From contig NC_068982.1 of the NCBI RefSeq assembly GCF_001194135.2, positions 91,789,114 to 91,828,679 of the forward strand: DNA of 39,566 nucleotides, in the 5' to 3' direction. The notes under the pieces were generated by a model. It did no database searches and was not told the origin of the DNA. It saw only the letters and a program-made list of their open reading frames with translations. Each line of letters starts with the position of its first letter. Within the stretch, counting starts at the first letter, position 1. The stretch is from Octopus bimaculoides (Eukaryota). Made by a program: the position numbers and the translations under genes. This document shows, piece after piece, positions 22,091 through 34,159 of this stretch.

Positions 22091-23099
22091 NNNNNNNNNN
22101 NNNNNNNNNNNNNNNNNNNNNNNNNNNNNNNNNNNNNNNNNNNNNNNNNNNNNNNNNNNNNNNNNNNNNNNNNNNNNNNNNNNNNNNNNNNNNNNNNNNN
22201 NNNNNNNNNNNNNNNNNNNNNNNNNNNNNNNNNNNNNNNNNNNNNNNNNNNNNNNNNNNNNNNNNNNNNNNNNNNNNNNNNNNNNNNNNNNNNNNNNNNN
22301 NNNNNNNNNNNNNNNNNNNNNNNNNNNNNNNNNNNNNNNNNNNNNNNNNNNNNNNNNNNNNNNNNNNNNNNNNNNNNNNNNNNNNNNNNNNNNNNNNNNN
22401 NNNNNNNNNNNNNNNNNNNNNNNNNNNNNNNNNNNNNNNNNNNNNNNNNNNNNNNNNNNNNNNNNNNNNNNNNNNNNNNNNNNNNNNNNNNNNNNNNNNN
22501 NNNNNNNNNNNNNNNNNNNNNNNNNNNNNNNNNNNNNNNNNNNNNNNNNNNNNNNNNNNNNNNNNNNNNNNNNNNNNNNNNNNNNNNNNNNNNNNNNNNN
22601 NNNNNNNNNNNNNNNNNNNNNNNNNNNNNNNNNNNNNNNNNNNNNNNNNNNNNNNNNNNNNNNNNNNNNNNNNNNNNNNNNNNNNNNNNNNNNNNNNNNN
22701 NNNNNNNNNNNNNNNNNNNNNNNNNNNNNNNNNNNNNNNNNNNNNNNNNNNNNNNNNNNNNNNNNNNNNNNNNNNNNNNNNNNNNNNNNNNNNNNNNNNN
22801 NNNNNNNNNNNNNNNNNNNNNNNNNNNNNNNNNNNNNNNNNNNNNNNNNNNNNNNNNNNNNNNNATGTATGTATGTATGTATTTACTATTCAAGTCAATA
22901 TGTGCCTATTTATTTATTTGTGTATTTATACTTGTGTATATATATATATATGCATATGCAATTTAAATTTATATGTGCCTATTTACTTATTTGTTTATTT
23001 AATTTTTATCTACAGACAACTTCTGTATACTTCAAAATTATTCTCAAACTTACATGGTTTTCTCCCCTTCTATTTTCAAACATAACTAAACAAAATTAA

Positions 23100-23151
23100 G
23101 CATACATAATTGTATATGTGAGTGTACAAGTAAATGCATATGTATGTGTGC

Positions 23152-23182
<31 letters not shown>

Positions 23183-23569
23183 TGTATGTATGTATATACG
23201 TGTGTATGTGTGTGTGTATTTATATGCACCCCTTTTGCATTCTTATACTTTATTTCCAGTAACATAATTCTCTCTCCCACCTTATAATAATTTTTACATA
23301 CAAATAAAATACTTCCCTTCTCCTTATGCTTATGTAGATATATGCGTACACATACATACGTAATTAATCATGAGTATACGAAGAAACATATTTAAACGTA
23401 TATGCATGTAGATGTATATCTATGTACACATATGTGTGTGTATAAATAGACAGATGCATGTCTGTGTATACGCGTATGAACGTATGTCTGTATATGTATG
23501 TGCATCTATGTATTTATGTGTATGAGCACATACATGTGAGTGTGCAGATATATGTGTGTGTTTATGCAG

Positions 23570-23619
<50 letters not shown>

Positions 23620-23885
23620 ACATATGCNNNNNNNNNNNNNNNNNNNNNNNNNNNNNNNNNNNNNNNNNNNNNNNNNNNNNNNNNNNNNNNNNNNNNNNNN
23701 NNNNNNNNNNNNNNNNNNNNNNNNNNNNNNNNNNNNNNNNNNNNNNNNNNNNNNNNNNNNNNNNNNNNNNNNNNNNNNNNNNNNNNNNNNNNNNNNNNNN
23801 NNNNNNNNNNNNNNNNNNNNNNNNNNNNNNNNNNNNNNNNNNNNNNNNNNNNNNNNNNNNNNNNNNNNNNNNNNNNTTTATGCAG

Positions 23886-23935
<50 letters not shown>

Positions 23936-24140
23936 ACATATGCGAGTATGTGTGTACGCATGTATGCTGAGATGTACATGTACATGGGTGTATATGCGTA
24001 CATATGTGTAGACATATCTATCTACATATATATTTCTGTATGTATCTGCATGCATGTATAGCCACATATATATGTTTAGGGGTGAATGTGTGCATATGTA
24101 TGCATGTATGTATGTATATATGTATGTATGTATGTATGCA
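23100..24140. repeat. Degenerate (TATG)n/(TG)n compound microsatellite field around gap 23628-23876
   Basis: Direct inspection. Confidence 0.85.
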
Positions 24141-24309
24141 CCATAAGGCAATGGCAAAAAGTGAGAAAGTAAAGCGTCAGCATCTAGTTGCTGTCAAGAT
24201 TGGAAAGAAAAATACCTATTCCAGCTTGCTGCTCAAAGGGAATGGCCTCCGAGTGACAGAAGGCTAAAACTGATGACCAAAGGTACAAATCAATGGAATC
24301 AGAGATGCA

Positions 24310-24940
24310 TGGATGTATCAGCAAAATTTTCAAGAATGCAAAAGCTGAAAAAGGAAAATGGAAATATATACACCAAAATTATAGGCACGCTTCCCCACAC
24401 ACATATAACAACATCAGCAGTAAAGCCAAAAAATTAGCTAACGAACTAGAAATAGCAGACAGGGTATAGATCCTAGCTAAAAGAAACGCTTTCATTATCA
24501 TAAAATATCATAAACCAAACTTTGCCTCAAACCTTAAATGTCAACTGATCAATCCGGCCAAAATGGAGAACGGTCTGGCGAGCAAGCACATTTTGAGAGA
24601 TATCATTAACGACATAAAGAGGGCTACCATCCTTTCCCTGTGGTGCAACACCAACAAAGTGACCGCATCGTTCAACACCAACAAGGGAAGAGGCAGAGCA
24701 AGATTCACCTAGTTTGATATAGTTGACTTTTACCCATCTATATCAAAAGGACTACTGGCCAAGGCACTTTCTTTCACTAGGGGCTTCACTAACATTAGCG
24801 ACAGAGATATAGAAGTCATTATGCATGCCAGAAAGACAGTGCTGTTCAACAAAGGTTCAGCATGGGTCAAGCAATCTGACCTCCCGGGCTCATCTGCCGT
24901 AGCGATGGGAGCATTCAACAGCACTGACGTATGAGTAGTG
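24310..24940 (+). mobile_element. Penelope-like (Naiad-like) RT N-terminal fragment
   Basis: AFIIIKYHKPNF...LINPAK...FDIVDFYPSISKGLLAKAL...IMHARKTVLF...AMGAFNSTDV. In-frame stops are present. Confidence 0.8.
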
Positions 24941-25184
24941 AGGCATTTCCCCCTTCCATATTTTTAAGAAGTCATGGACCTACGGGTTTTGAGGATCTGG
25001 ACAGGAAACCTAAGGTAATCCCATAAACCAGCCATCCCCATTTTTAATACACACATACACATATATGTATAGGTATATATACATACATATTATATACATG
25101 TAGCCTCATGCGACATATCGACATACGCATATATACACATACATCTGTGTGTGTATGTGTGTAGATAGCTAGACAGACATATGT

Positions 25185-25468
25185 TCCCCGCCTCCCTTTT
25201 CTCCGCACCTACCATCCCACCACCCTACCCCTCCAACGCACCATTCTCTGAGCTTTCCGGTGCCTCCAGTCCGACCCCTCCACCTCCCACATCTTCCCTA
25301 ATCGACCCCTCCCCTCCTTCAAACGAGCCCATAACCTACGAGACCTCTTGGTCCACAGCTTCTTCCCCAACCCAACCTTCCAACCTGGCTCGTTCCCTTG
25401 CTCCCGCCCACGCTGCTGCACTTGCCCTTACCTCTCCAACACCACCCTCCTCACCAGCACCCATCACC
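25185..25468 (+). mobile_element. Penelope-like (Neptune-like) linker fragment running into N-gap
   Basis: LQSDPSTSHIFPNRPLPSFKRAHNLRDLLVHS...PGSFPCSRPRCCTCP (Neptune-type Cys motif). Confidence 0.7.
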
Positions 25469-26412
25469 NNNNNNNNNNNNNNNNNNNNNNNNNNNNNNNN
25501 NNNNNNNNNNNNNNNNNNNNNNNNNNNNNNNNNNNNNNNNNNNNNNNNNNNNNNNNNNNNNNNNNNNNNNNNNNNNNNNNNNNNNNNNNNNNNNNNNNNN
25601 NNNNNNNNNNNNNNNNNNNNNNNNNNNNNNNNNNNNNNNNNNNNNNNNNNNNNNNNNNNNNNNNNNNNNNNNNNNNNNNNNNNNNNNNNNNNNNNNNNNN
25701 NNNNNNNNNNNNNNNNNNNNNNNNNNNNNNNNNNNNNNNNNNNNNNNNNNNNNNNNNNNNNNNNNNNNNNNNNNNNNNNNNNNNNNNNNNNNNNNNNNNN
25801 NNNNNNNNNNNNNNNNNNNNNNNNNNNNNNNNNNNNNNNNNNNNNNNNNNNNNNNNNNNNNNNNNNNNNNNNNNNNNNNNNNNNNNNNNNNNNNNNNNNN
25901 NNNNNNNNNNNNNNNNNNNNNNNNNNNNNNNNNNNNNNNNNNNNNNNNNNNNNNNNNNNNNNNNNNNNNNNNNNNNNNNNNNNNNNNNNNNNNNNNNNNN
26001 NNNNNNNNNNNNNNNNNNNNNNNNNNNNNNNNNNNNNNNNNNNNNNNNNNNNNNNNNNNNNNNNNNNNNNNNNNNNNNNNNNNNNNNNNNNNNNNNNNNN
26101 NNNNNNNNNNNNNNNNNNNNNNNNNNNNNNNNNNNNNNNNNNNNNNNNNNNNNNNNNNNNNNNNNNNNNNNNNNNNNNNNNNNNNNNNNNNNNNNNNNNN
26201 NNNNNNNNNNNNNNNNNNNNNNNNNNNNNNNNNNNNNNNNNNNNNNNNNNNNNNNNNNNNNNNNNNNNNNNNNNNNNNNNNNNNNNNNNNNNNNNNNNNN
26301 NNNNNNNNNNNNNNNNNNNNNNNNNNNNNNNNNNNNNNNNNNNNNNNNNNNNNNNNNNNNNNNNNNNNNNNNNNNNNNNNNNNNNNNNNNNNNNCCGCAT
26401 TAGTTGCTGATC

Positions 26413-26790
26413 GGGAAATAACTGATACAAATAGATCAGGGGATAATAATTTTTGTGAAAATGGGCTATTTTTGAATACGGGGAATTCCAGAAACATACA
26501 AATGTGCAGACGCATACGCACACACACAAACACACATGTATCCATACACACAAACATACACAGATACACATATATATATATATATATACACACACATCCA
26601 CATATACACGCACATACACACATATATATATATATATACACACACATGCATACACACACATACATATATACATACACACGTACTTGCATACGTGCATATG
26701 TACACGCACACACATGCACACTCACACAAATATACATATATTCGCATACTTACACACATGTATAGATGCACACACATACACACACAGATA
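26413..26790 (+). repeat. Dispersed repeat plus (CA/TA)n field, same family as 37155-37460 in opposite orientation
   Basis: gggaaataactgata...gggctatttttgaatacggggaattcc matches the reverse complement of gggaattccccgtattcagaaatagctc...tcagttatttcc. Confidence 0.65.
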
Positions 26791-27039
26791 AATATTAGCG
26801 AACATTAGCGACAGGTTTTGCTTTGAAATTGTTGTGCAAATTTTTATCGTAAATCATGTTTTCTTCAACAATTTCACTTATATACACACATAGTTAAATG
26901 TATATTACAGTCTTTTATTTTCAAAATATTGCTCTGGTAACATTTGTAAATACACACATACACACATAATAATACATGTATGCCAAAGAAACTACATCTG
27001 TGCGTTTCAATGTAGGGCCACTCCTGCAAAAAGATGGTT

Positions 27040-27690
27040 TCCTTACAGGAAACCTGGTGAAACACTGAATGAATAATTCAAAATTTTTAGAATTCTATAC
27101 CACTACACACTAGAAAGGGAGGCAATAACAATTGACTACATCAACATTAAAGAAGAGAATGTAATCTTGGTAATAGATGACGTAGACACAAACTCAGCTG
27201 CAGGCCCCGATGGATTCCCAGCAATCTTTTTCATGTCATGCAAACGAGCACTTGCAAAACCACTGCAGCTTCTTCTTCAGATCTTTCTTGCAAATGGTAA
27301 GCTCCCGGGAAAACTGAAAGCGGGAATAATCTGACCTATTCATAAAGGAGGAAGCAGAGCAGGTCTCTCTCCCTGACAACGCACATCAGCAAAGTTGTTG
27401 AACGAATAATCTGAAGGAAACTAATTGCACTCCTTGAAGAGAATAACTTAATGACTGACACCCAGCACGGTTTTTGACCAGGTAGAAGCTGCCTGACACA
27501 GCTCTTGCAGCACTACGACTGGGTGTTAAAGCAGCTGCACAACAACTCAAATGTAGACGTGATATATCTCGACTTGCAAAAGCCTTTGATAAAGTCGACC
27601 ATGGTATATGTCACAATCTGCATATTCTCGGCATAGACGGAAAACATAGAGAATGGCTACATGGTTTTTTAAAAGATAGAAGTTATGTAG
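27040..27690 (+). mobile_element. CR1-group LINE RT fragment
   Basis: SAAGPDGFP...PIHKGGSRA...QHGF*PGRSCLTQLLQHYD...VDVIYLD(F)AKAFDKVDHG. Stops and indels present. Confidence 0.8.
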
Positions 27691-27749
27691 TGGTGGTGTT
27701 GTGGCGAGAGTCATTGACATCCCTGGGGGATTGGAAAAATGGACTAACT

Positions 27750-28760
27750 GAACTCTTATAAAGAGTAGAGGTCGGTCGTAGTCGAGTAAAGAGCGTTTTG
27801 GTAGTCTCGCGAAGTACATCGTGTGGACACATTGATTTACTCTCTCTGCATAATTTATCTATATCAACCTGTGGCAGGATATAAAAGTGACGACGATAAT
27901 GGGCTTATGTATGCACAGAGGGTCTTAATGCCTACCTTACTACAAGGTCAGGTCGCTCTTGGGTGCTACTAATATTTGTGGCTGCCGTCGCTACCAATAT
28001 TGGGTGTGGGACTGGTAGTTTCACTGGTGCCACTGGTGTTGGCGTGATCATCATCTCTGGTCGTAGTGCGGGTGTTGGTGTTGCGGTCGTTACCGTCGGT
28101 GCTTGTATTTCTGCCGTTGCCATCAATGTTGTCGGATGAGCTGCTGCTGTTATTACTCTGGTAGCTAGGCCTAGGTACCACCACAACCTCACATACGACT
28201 CCCTCACCCTCACATTGCATCCCCCACCTCCACTGGGCAGTCATTGAACTCCCTACTTGAGCAACCAGCCTCTGTCCGCATTCTATGGGTGTTTGCCAAT
28301 ATTATTTTTATGTTGGGTGCGCAGCTAAAGGAAACCGTTAGGTTGTTCCTATTGAACAACCGTCCATACCTGTGTGTCTACGTGAAGACTTGTCTACTAA
28401 CCTGAGGAATATTCTCCCCACATAAGTCTTGATGTTGGGTGAGAAGGCGGGGAAAACCAAACAACGTTCCGGCAGCATTTCCTTTAGTGGGTGCTAGGGC
28501 CCGGCATATAGGAGATGCAGTCCTTAAACCCACTGGACCCCAGGGCCTCGTTGTAATAGTGAGCCGCGGCGTCAAAAATTTCTTGATTCAAGGACAAGCT
28601 CCAGATCTCTTGCTGACACGCTTCACTAGGTTCCTGAGTATAATAGGCGGGTGGTAGGAGGCTGCATTGATGTAGGACAACCTCTCATTTGGTTCAGGGT
28701 AGGGCCTATATGAACCAGAACACAAACCTAGAGTGACGTCTAGGAAGTGTACGATAGTGA
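27750..28760 (-). mobile_element. Penelope-like (Naiad-like) 3' fragment: thumb, linker, degenerate GIY-YIG
   Basis: IVHFLDVTL...PNERLSYINAASYHPPIILRNL, RNVVWFSPPFSPNIKTYVGRIFLRLVDK, LFNRNNLTVSFSCAPN, C..CP..C.EGVV. Confidence 0.75.
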
Positions 28761-29499
28761 GGGTGTGTCCCCTACTCCTCTCTCCCTCATATGGCAAGCA
28801 TTCCTTCTCCACTATGTATTGTACTATGTGGCTGCTGTACTCACCCGCTAGCAATATCACACATGTTGCATCCTGCAACCCTCCCAAACTATGCCTCCTT
28901 CCCCATTCAAATTATTTGTATTTCTTATTACTCCTACCCACACTATTTTAACCAATCACCTTTTTTCTGTGCCTTCAGCTACTACCCTTTCCCCCTCCGC
29001 TATACTACATTCTAAACACCTCTCTTATTGTGTTTTCATTCTCAATACCCTTCCATATCTATCATCATAACCTACTACTATAACTCCTTAAACATTATCG
29101 CACGACTTTCTGTTCTATTCTCCTTCCTGAGACGTGCCCATATCTCCCACCTCACCACACCTGCATACAAGTTTTTTCCATTATTTGTACCCTGCTCCTT
29201 GTTTTTCATTCACTACACACACCTCTACTTCCATTTGTTTCTTCCTTCCTCACACTCCCACGAAAGCATTCACTCTCATTGGATTCATTGTCCTTGTCCT
29301 CTTTTATGCTCACCTTCTTGCTCCTTGTTTCTTAAGAGTTTGATCTAGCACCCCATCACTACCTTCCTCTTATCTCCTTCGGTCATGTATTTCCTCTACA
29401 GCAACACACCTGAGCTTGTCTTCCTATCACACTTTATCCTTTCAACACTAAGCATAAAGCCACTCATCTCATCCTTTCTCTCTCAAATACTTCTTAGTA

Positions 29500-29570
29500 C
29501 AGTGCAACTTGGGTTACGAATGCCTCACATCATGAGCAAATTGGTTTACAAACTATTTTTGGGACATAAA
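29500..29570 (+). mobile_element. Tigger/pogo-like terminus fragment
   Basis: TA-CAGTGCAACTTGGGTTACGAATGCC...AATTGGTTTAC resembles pogo/Tigger TIR starts. No partner end seen. Confidence 0.4.
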
Positions 29571-29907
29571 ATGTGCTGGGTGACAAATGGTGAATGATGG
29601 ATACTGATATTTCACTGTTATTTCAATTCATCAATAATGTAGACTTGAGTTACCTTAAAATGAATTTGAATCACTGGTCTGAGACAGATAGTGTAAAATC
29701 TATCTTCTGATGTGCAACAGTGCTGCACAAGTGCTGTTGATGGTTTCTTTTCCTTCTTTGAACTTTTCTCTTTCTCTTTTCCAACGAAGAGCTATGCTTG
29801 AAATGTCAAATTCTCTCTTTATACCGAGCGTCAAGCTAATACATTCCTTGTGCACGTCCTCTTCTTGTCCGTTAATTTTACTTGTTTATTTGAATTGACT
29901 ATACCCA

Positions 29908-29996
29908 CACACGTGTGTGTGTGTGTGTGTGTGTATGTGTGTGTGTGTGTGTATGTGCATATTATATATATGTATATATATAAATGTATGTGTGTG

Positions 29997-30073
<77 letters not shown>
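29908..30073. repeat. (TG)n/(TA)n compound microsatellite
   Basis: Direct inspection. Confidence 0.95.
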
Positions 30074-30075
<2 letters not shown>

Positions 30076-31246
30076 GCGATGAAGTTTTAATTAGTGTAGT
30101 TACCAATTGTAACGGGTAAGTTTTATTGTTGTAGCGATGCGTGTTATGGTCGAACGTCGGGATCGCCAGTTTGTAACGATAAAGTTTTTAGTTGAAGTTG
30201 AGGGTCACCAATTGTTACGGTTAAGATTTGTTAGGTACACAATAATATGAAATGTCAGAGTCAGAAATTGTGACGATAAAAATTTGTTGTTATAGCGACA
30301 TGTTGCAGGATGGGAAAGATGGACAATGCATGAAGTTTTAAGGAAGCATTTATTTACCGTTGCATTACAATACCTTGCTTCGACGGACAGGTTATGATAA
30401 ATCCAAAAGCATGCGAAGTAAAGTTTGTGTTTGTGTCCTCTTCATTGTTTAGTAGTAATTACAGAGAGAGAAAGAACGATGTTGTAAGAGAATAGAATTA
30501 GAGCTAGTGAAAGTTGTAGGGTGTGGAGCGTTGTCTCACAGTTGCTGACAGTAAACTTCATATCTCCCTCTGACCAAGGTTCAAGCTGGTCAGCCAGACT
30601 TCGTTGTCACTGAGTCGTCACCATGTGACTGAACTCGTTGGGTCATCACCGACACATTTTTGCTTGGGGTGCTCTTGCTTTTATAACTATCCAGAAGGAC
30701 ATATCATTGAGAACAATAGATTTAGTTGGTGGTCTTGTTATCTCTATTCTAGCTTTTTGTGAAGTAGAAGAGGTTAGAAAGGGTCAAGTGGTGAAGACAT
30801 TATTTCGGCCTAAAGGCATCTGGAAAACGTAAAACTGCTGTCACAGAAAAACCATTGTTCCACCATGGGAAAAGTTCTGTTTCAGTGCTAATTTAATTTT
30901 GACTATGGTGGATCGAATCCACTTCATGCATGCAAGATCTATTACATATATATATATATATANNNNNNNNNNNNNNNNNNNNNNNNNNNNNNNNNNNNNN
31001 NNNNNNNNNNNNNNNNNNNNNNNNNNNNNNNNNNNNNNNNNNNNNNNNNNNNNNNNNNNNNNNNNNNNNNNNNNNNNNNNNNNNNNNNNNNNNNNNNNNN
31101 NNNNNNNNNNNNNNNNNNNNNNNNNNNNNNNNNNNNNNNNNNNNNNNNNNNNNNNNNNNNNNNNNNNNNNNNNNNNNNNNNNNNNNNNNNNNNNNNNNNN
31201 NNNNNNNNNNNNNNNNNNNNNNNNNNNNNNNNNNNNNNNNATATAT

Positions 31247-32050
31247 ACGAGGGTAATCCCAAAAGTAAGGTCTCCGAAGTGTTGGGGATGCAGGGAAACT
31301 GTGCGTGCAGCTATTGGCAACACTGTTGTGTTTGTTGTGCGTGTGCCTGCGCGCGCCTCGCTGTCATGCTCAGTTTTGGCTTGGCAGTTGTATCTGATGG
31401 AGCTACTGATTGACACTACTACCAAGTGTGAAGTTCGCGCAGTTATTTGGTTTTTGAACGCAAAAGGCATCAAACCGATTGAAATTCATCACCAGTTAAC
31501 AGATGTGAATGGCGAGTCGTGCATGGTTGTCAAAAACGTCCACAAGTGGTGTAGAGAGTTTGAAGCTGGTCGTACTGAAATTCATGATGATGAAAGAAGT
31601 GGACAACCATCAATTTCCGACGAAACAGTCACAATGGTTGAGTAAATCCTGCATGGAAATCACGCTGGATCATCTCCGCATTTTGGTTCCTGAGGTTTCC
31701 CGAAACACCATTCACAGGATTTTGAGTGAAAGGTTACAATATCGGAAGGTGTGCGCAAAATGGTTCCTGTGAATGCTCACAGAAGAACATAAACAGCAAC
31801 GAAGACCATAAATTGGACATCATCAGCCACCCACCTTATAGTCCAGACTTGGCACCCAGTTGAAAGAATATTTGGCCGGAATGAGCTTCAGCAACGACGA
31901 CGAGGTGAGAGATGAAGTTCAATGCTTCCTCAACGACATGGCGGTGAGCTGGTATGACATGGGCATACAAAAACTGCCACAGCGCCTACGAAAACGCCTT
32001 TGAAATGGCGATTATGTAGAAAAATAGATAAATGTTCAAACTTTAAAATG
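31247..32050 (+). mobile_element. Internally deleted mariner element (transposase about 31397-32027)
   Basis: Begins TA-CGAGGGTAATCCCAAAAGTAAGG. HTH region KCEVRAVIWFL...IEIH...KWCREF..GRTEIHDDERSG, RKVCAKW (WVP motif), YSPDLAPS, GIQKLPQR...GDYVEK. Most of the catalytic core is deleted and the 3' TIR is not found. Confidence 0.8.
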
Positions 32051-32059
32051 ATGTAAACA

Positions 32060-33620
32060 TCGCACTATCTCTGACACCTCTGCCTCTTTTCTTGACATTT
32101 CGGTCCGCATTCATCACTCCACTCTCACCACCTCCATCCACTACAAACACGCAGACTCACTCATACCTCAACTTCTCCTCCTCCCACCCTAAACACACCA
32201 AGCTTTCCATCCCCTATTTCCAATTCCTCCGTCTACGCAGGCTCTGTAGTGACGACCATGACTTTGAGACTCAGTCTCACTCAACTGGTGGCTCGCCACT
32301 TCATCCTACCTGGATATCCCCTCATCACTATCTACACCGCCCTTGCAAGAGCACGTTCCGTGGATCGTNNNNNNNNNNNNNNNNNNNNNNNNNNNNNNNN
32401 NNNNNNNNNNNNNNNNNNNNNNNNNNNNNNNNNNNNNNNNNNNNNNNNNNNNNNNNNNNNNNNNNNNNNNNNNNNNNNNNNNNNNNNNNNNNNNNNNNNN
32501 NNNNNNNNNNNNNNNNNNNNNNNNNNNNNNNNNNNNNNNNNNNNNNNNNNNNNNNNNNNNNNNNNNNNNNNNNNNNNNNNNNNNNNNNNNNNNNNNNNNN
32601 NNNNNNNNNNNNNNNNNNNNNNNNNNNNNNNNNNNNNNNNNNNNNNNNNNNNNNNNNNNNNNNNNNNNNNNNNNNNNNNNNNNNNNNNNNNNNNNNNNNN
32701 NNNNNNNNNNNNNNNNNNNNNNNNNNNNNNNNNNNNNNNNNNNNNNNNNNNNNNNNNNNNNNNNNNNNNNNNNNNNNNNNNNNNNNNNNNNNNNNNNNNN
32801 NNNNNNNNNNNNNNNNNNNNNNNNNNNNNNNNNNNNNNNNNNNNNNNNNNNNNNNNNNNNNNNNNNNNNNNNNNNNNNNNNNNNNNNNNNNNNNNNNNNN
32901 NNNNNNNNNNNNNNNNNNNNNNNNNNNNNNNNNNNNNNNNNNNNNNNNNNNNNNNNNNNNNNNNNNNNNNNNNNNNNNNNNNNNNNNNNNNNNNNNNNNN
33001 NNNNNNNNNNNNNNNNNNNNNNNNNNNNNNNNNNNNNNNNNNNNNNNNNNNNNNNNNNNNNNNNNNNNNNNNNNNNNNNNNNNNNNNNNNNNNNNNNNNN
33101 NNNNNNNNNNNNNNNNNNNNNNNNNNNNNNNNNNNNNNNNNNNNNNNNNNNNNNNNNNNNNNNNNNNNNNNNNNNNNNNNNNNNNNNNNNNNNNNNNNNN
33201 NNNNNNNNNNNNNNNNNNNNNNNNNNNNNNNNNNNNNNNNNNNNNNNNNNNNNNNNNNNNNNNNNNNNNNNNNNNNNNNNNNNNNNNNNNNNNNNNNNNN
33301 NNNNNNNNNNNNNNNNNNNNNNNNNNNNNCCCATGACCTGCGAAAACCGAAACACATACACAGCACGTTAAATAGTCTCCCATATCTCACCCCACCCCAT
33401 CCCTTACACCCACTCCCACATACCCCACCTCTATCCCCACTCTCAGCCCACCCACATACCCTCACCTCTATATATATATATAAAACACCTAAATACTGGA
33501 TATTATTTACTTCAGAATGACACGTGGAAGACGAGCGGGACTGTAATCCATTGTTCCTGGAATTGAAGTCCTCAACCGTGAATCAATCTTGAAGGAATCT
33601 TGGAATATCACCCAATTAGC
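32060..33620 (+). mobile_element. Penelope-like (Neptune-like) element spanning gap 32369-33329
   Basis: SFLDISVRI...TSIHYKHADSHSYLNFSSSHPKHTKLSIPYFQFLRLRRLCSDD. C-rich 3' region after the gap. Confidence 0.75.
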
Positions 33621-33689
33621 TGTGTTATGCGTGTATGTATGTATGTATGTATGTATGTATGTATGTATGTATGTTTATGCGTGTATGTA

Positions 33690-34140
33690 TGTTTGAAAGT
33701 TCGGATGGACTTAGTGCAGGCTCAACGGCTATCTAGCAATAGCACGGGTACGCAGAAATTCCGGGATGGTATCCGGCGTGCTGAAAGACCACTGGGAGTG
33801 AGGCCCCCTCTCAATTTTTGTTGAAGCATGTCTCTAGGAGAAGGTCACTTTGATATAAGATCAGATATGCAGGGAATGGCATTGGACATTTTGGGGATCT
33901 TTGGTTTGTGCTGGAGATCACGGCGCTCCCACATCCCTGAGCCTGCGACTTATATTGGCACCAGACATCTTGCTCCGGTTTGTCTCTGGATAATGTCAAT
34001 AAAGTGGAGAGGGTCTATGAGGTGTTGTGCAAGTCTTATTGGAACTAAAACTTTACACAGGCATTGCCGACCTCTGCCCGATATGTGCGTTCCGCCCCCT
34101 ATATATATTTATCTTATTTTTAGTATATATTTTCTTCATC
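33690..34140 (+). mobile_element. Possible L1/Tx1-like LINE 3' remnant
   Basis: Decayed coding-like sequence ending ...FW...LILAP followed by a T/A-rich tail. Weak motif support. Confidence 0.25.
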
Positions 34141-34159
34141 TTTAGTATATACATATATT

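Noticed and set aside
23560-23945. Direct repeat flanking gap 23628-23876 (and likewise 37449-37501 / 37829-37881)
   Set aside because: Identical sequence on both sides of a gap is most simply an unmerged contig overlap.
28760-29480. Pyrimidine-rich segment with several short ORFs
   Set aside because: No recognisable motif in any frame; probably decayed retroelement sequence.
30076-30302. CRISPR-like repeat-spacer appearance
   Set aside because: Repeats are degenerate, spacing is irregular, there are no cas genes and the context is eukaryotic.
30560-30935. Possible piggyBac-like transposase remnant on the minus strand (GGTMVFL...NNVFTT*PFL)
   Set aside because: Only weak, frameshifted motif resemblance and no TTAA/TIR found; needs tBLASTn.
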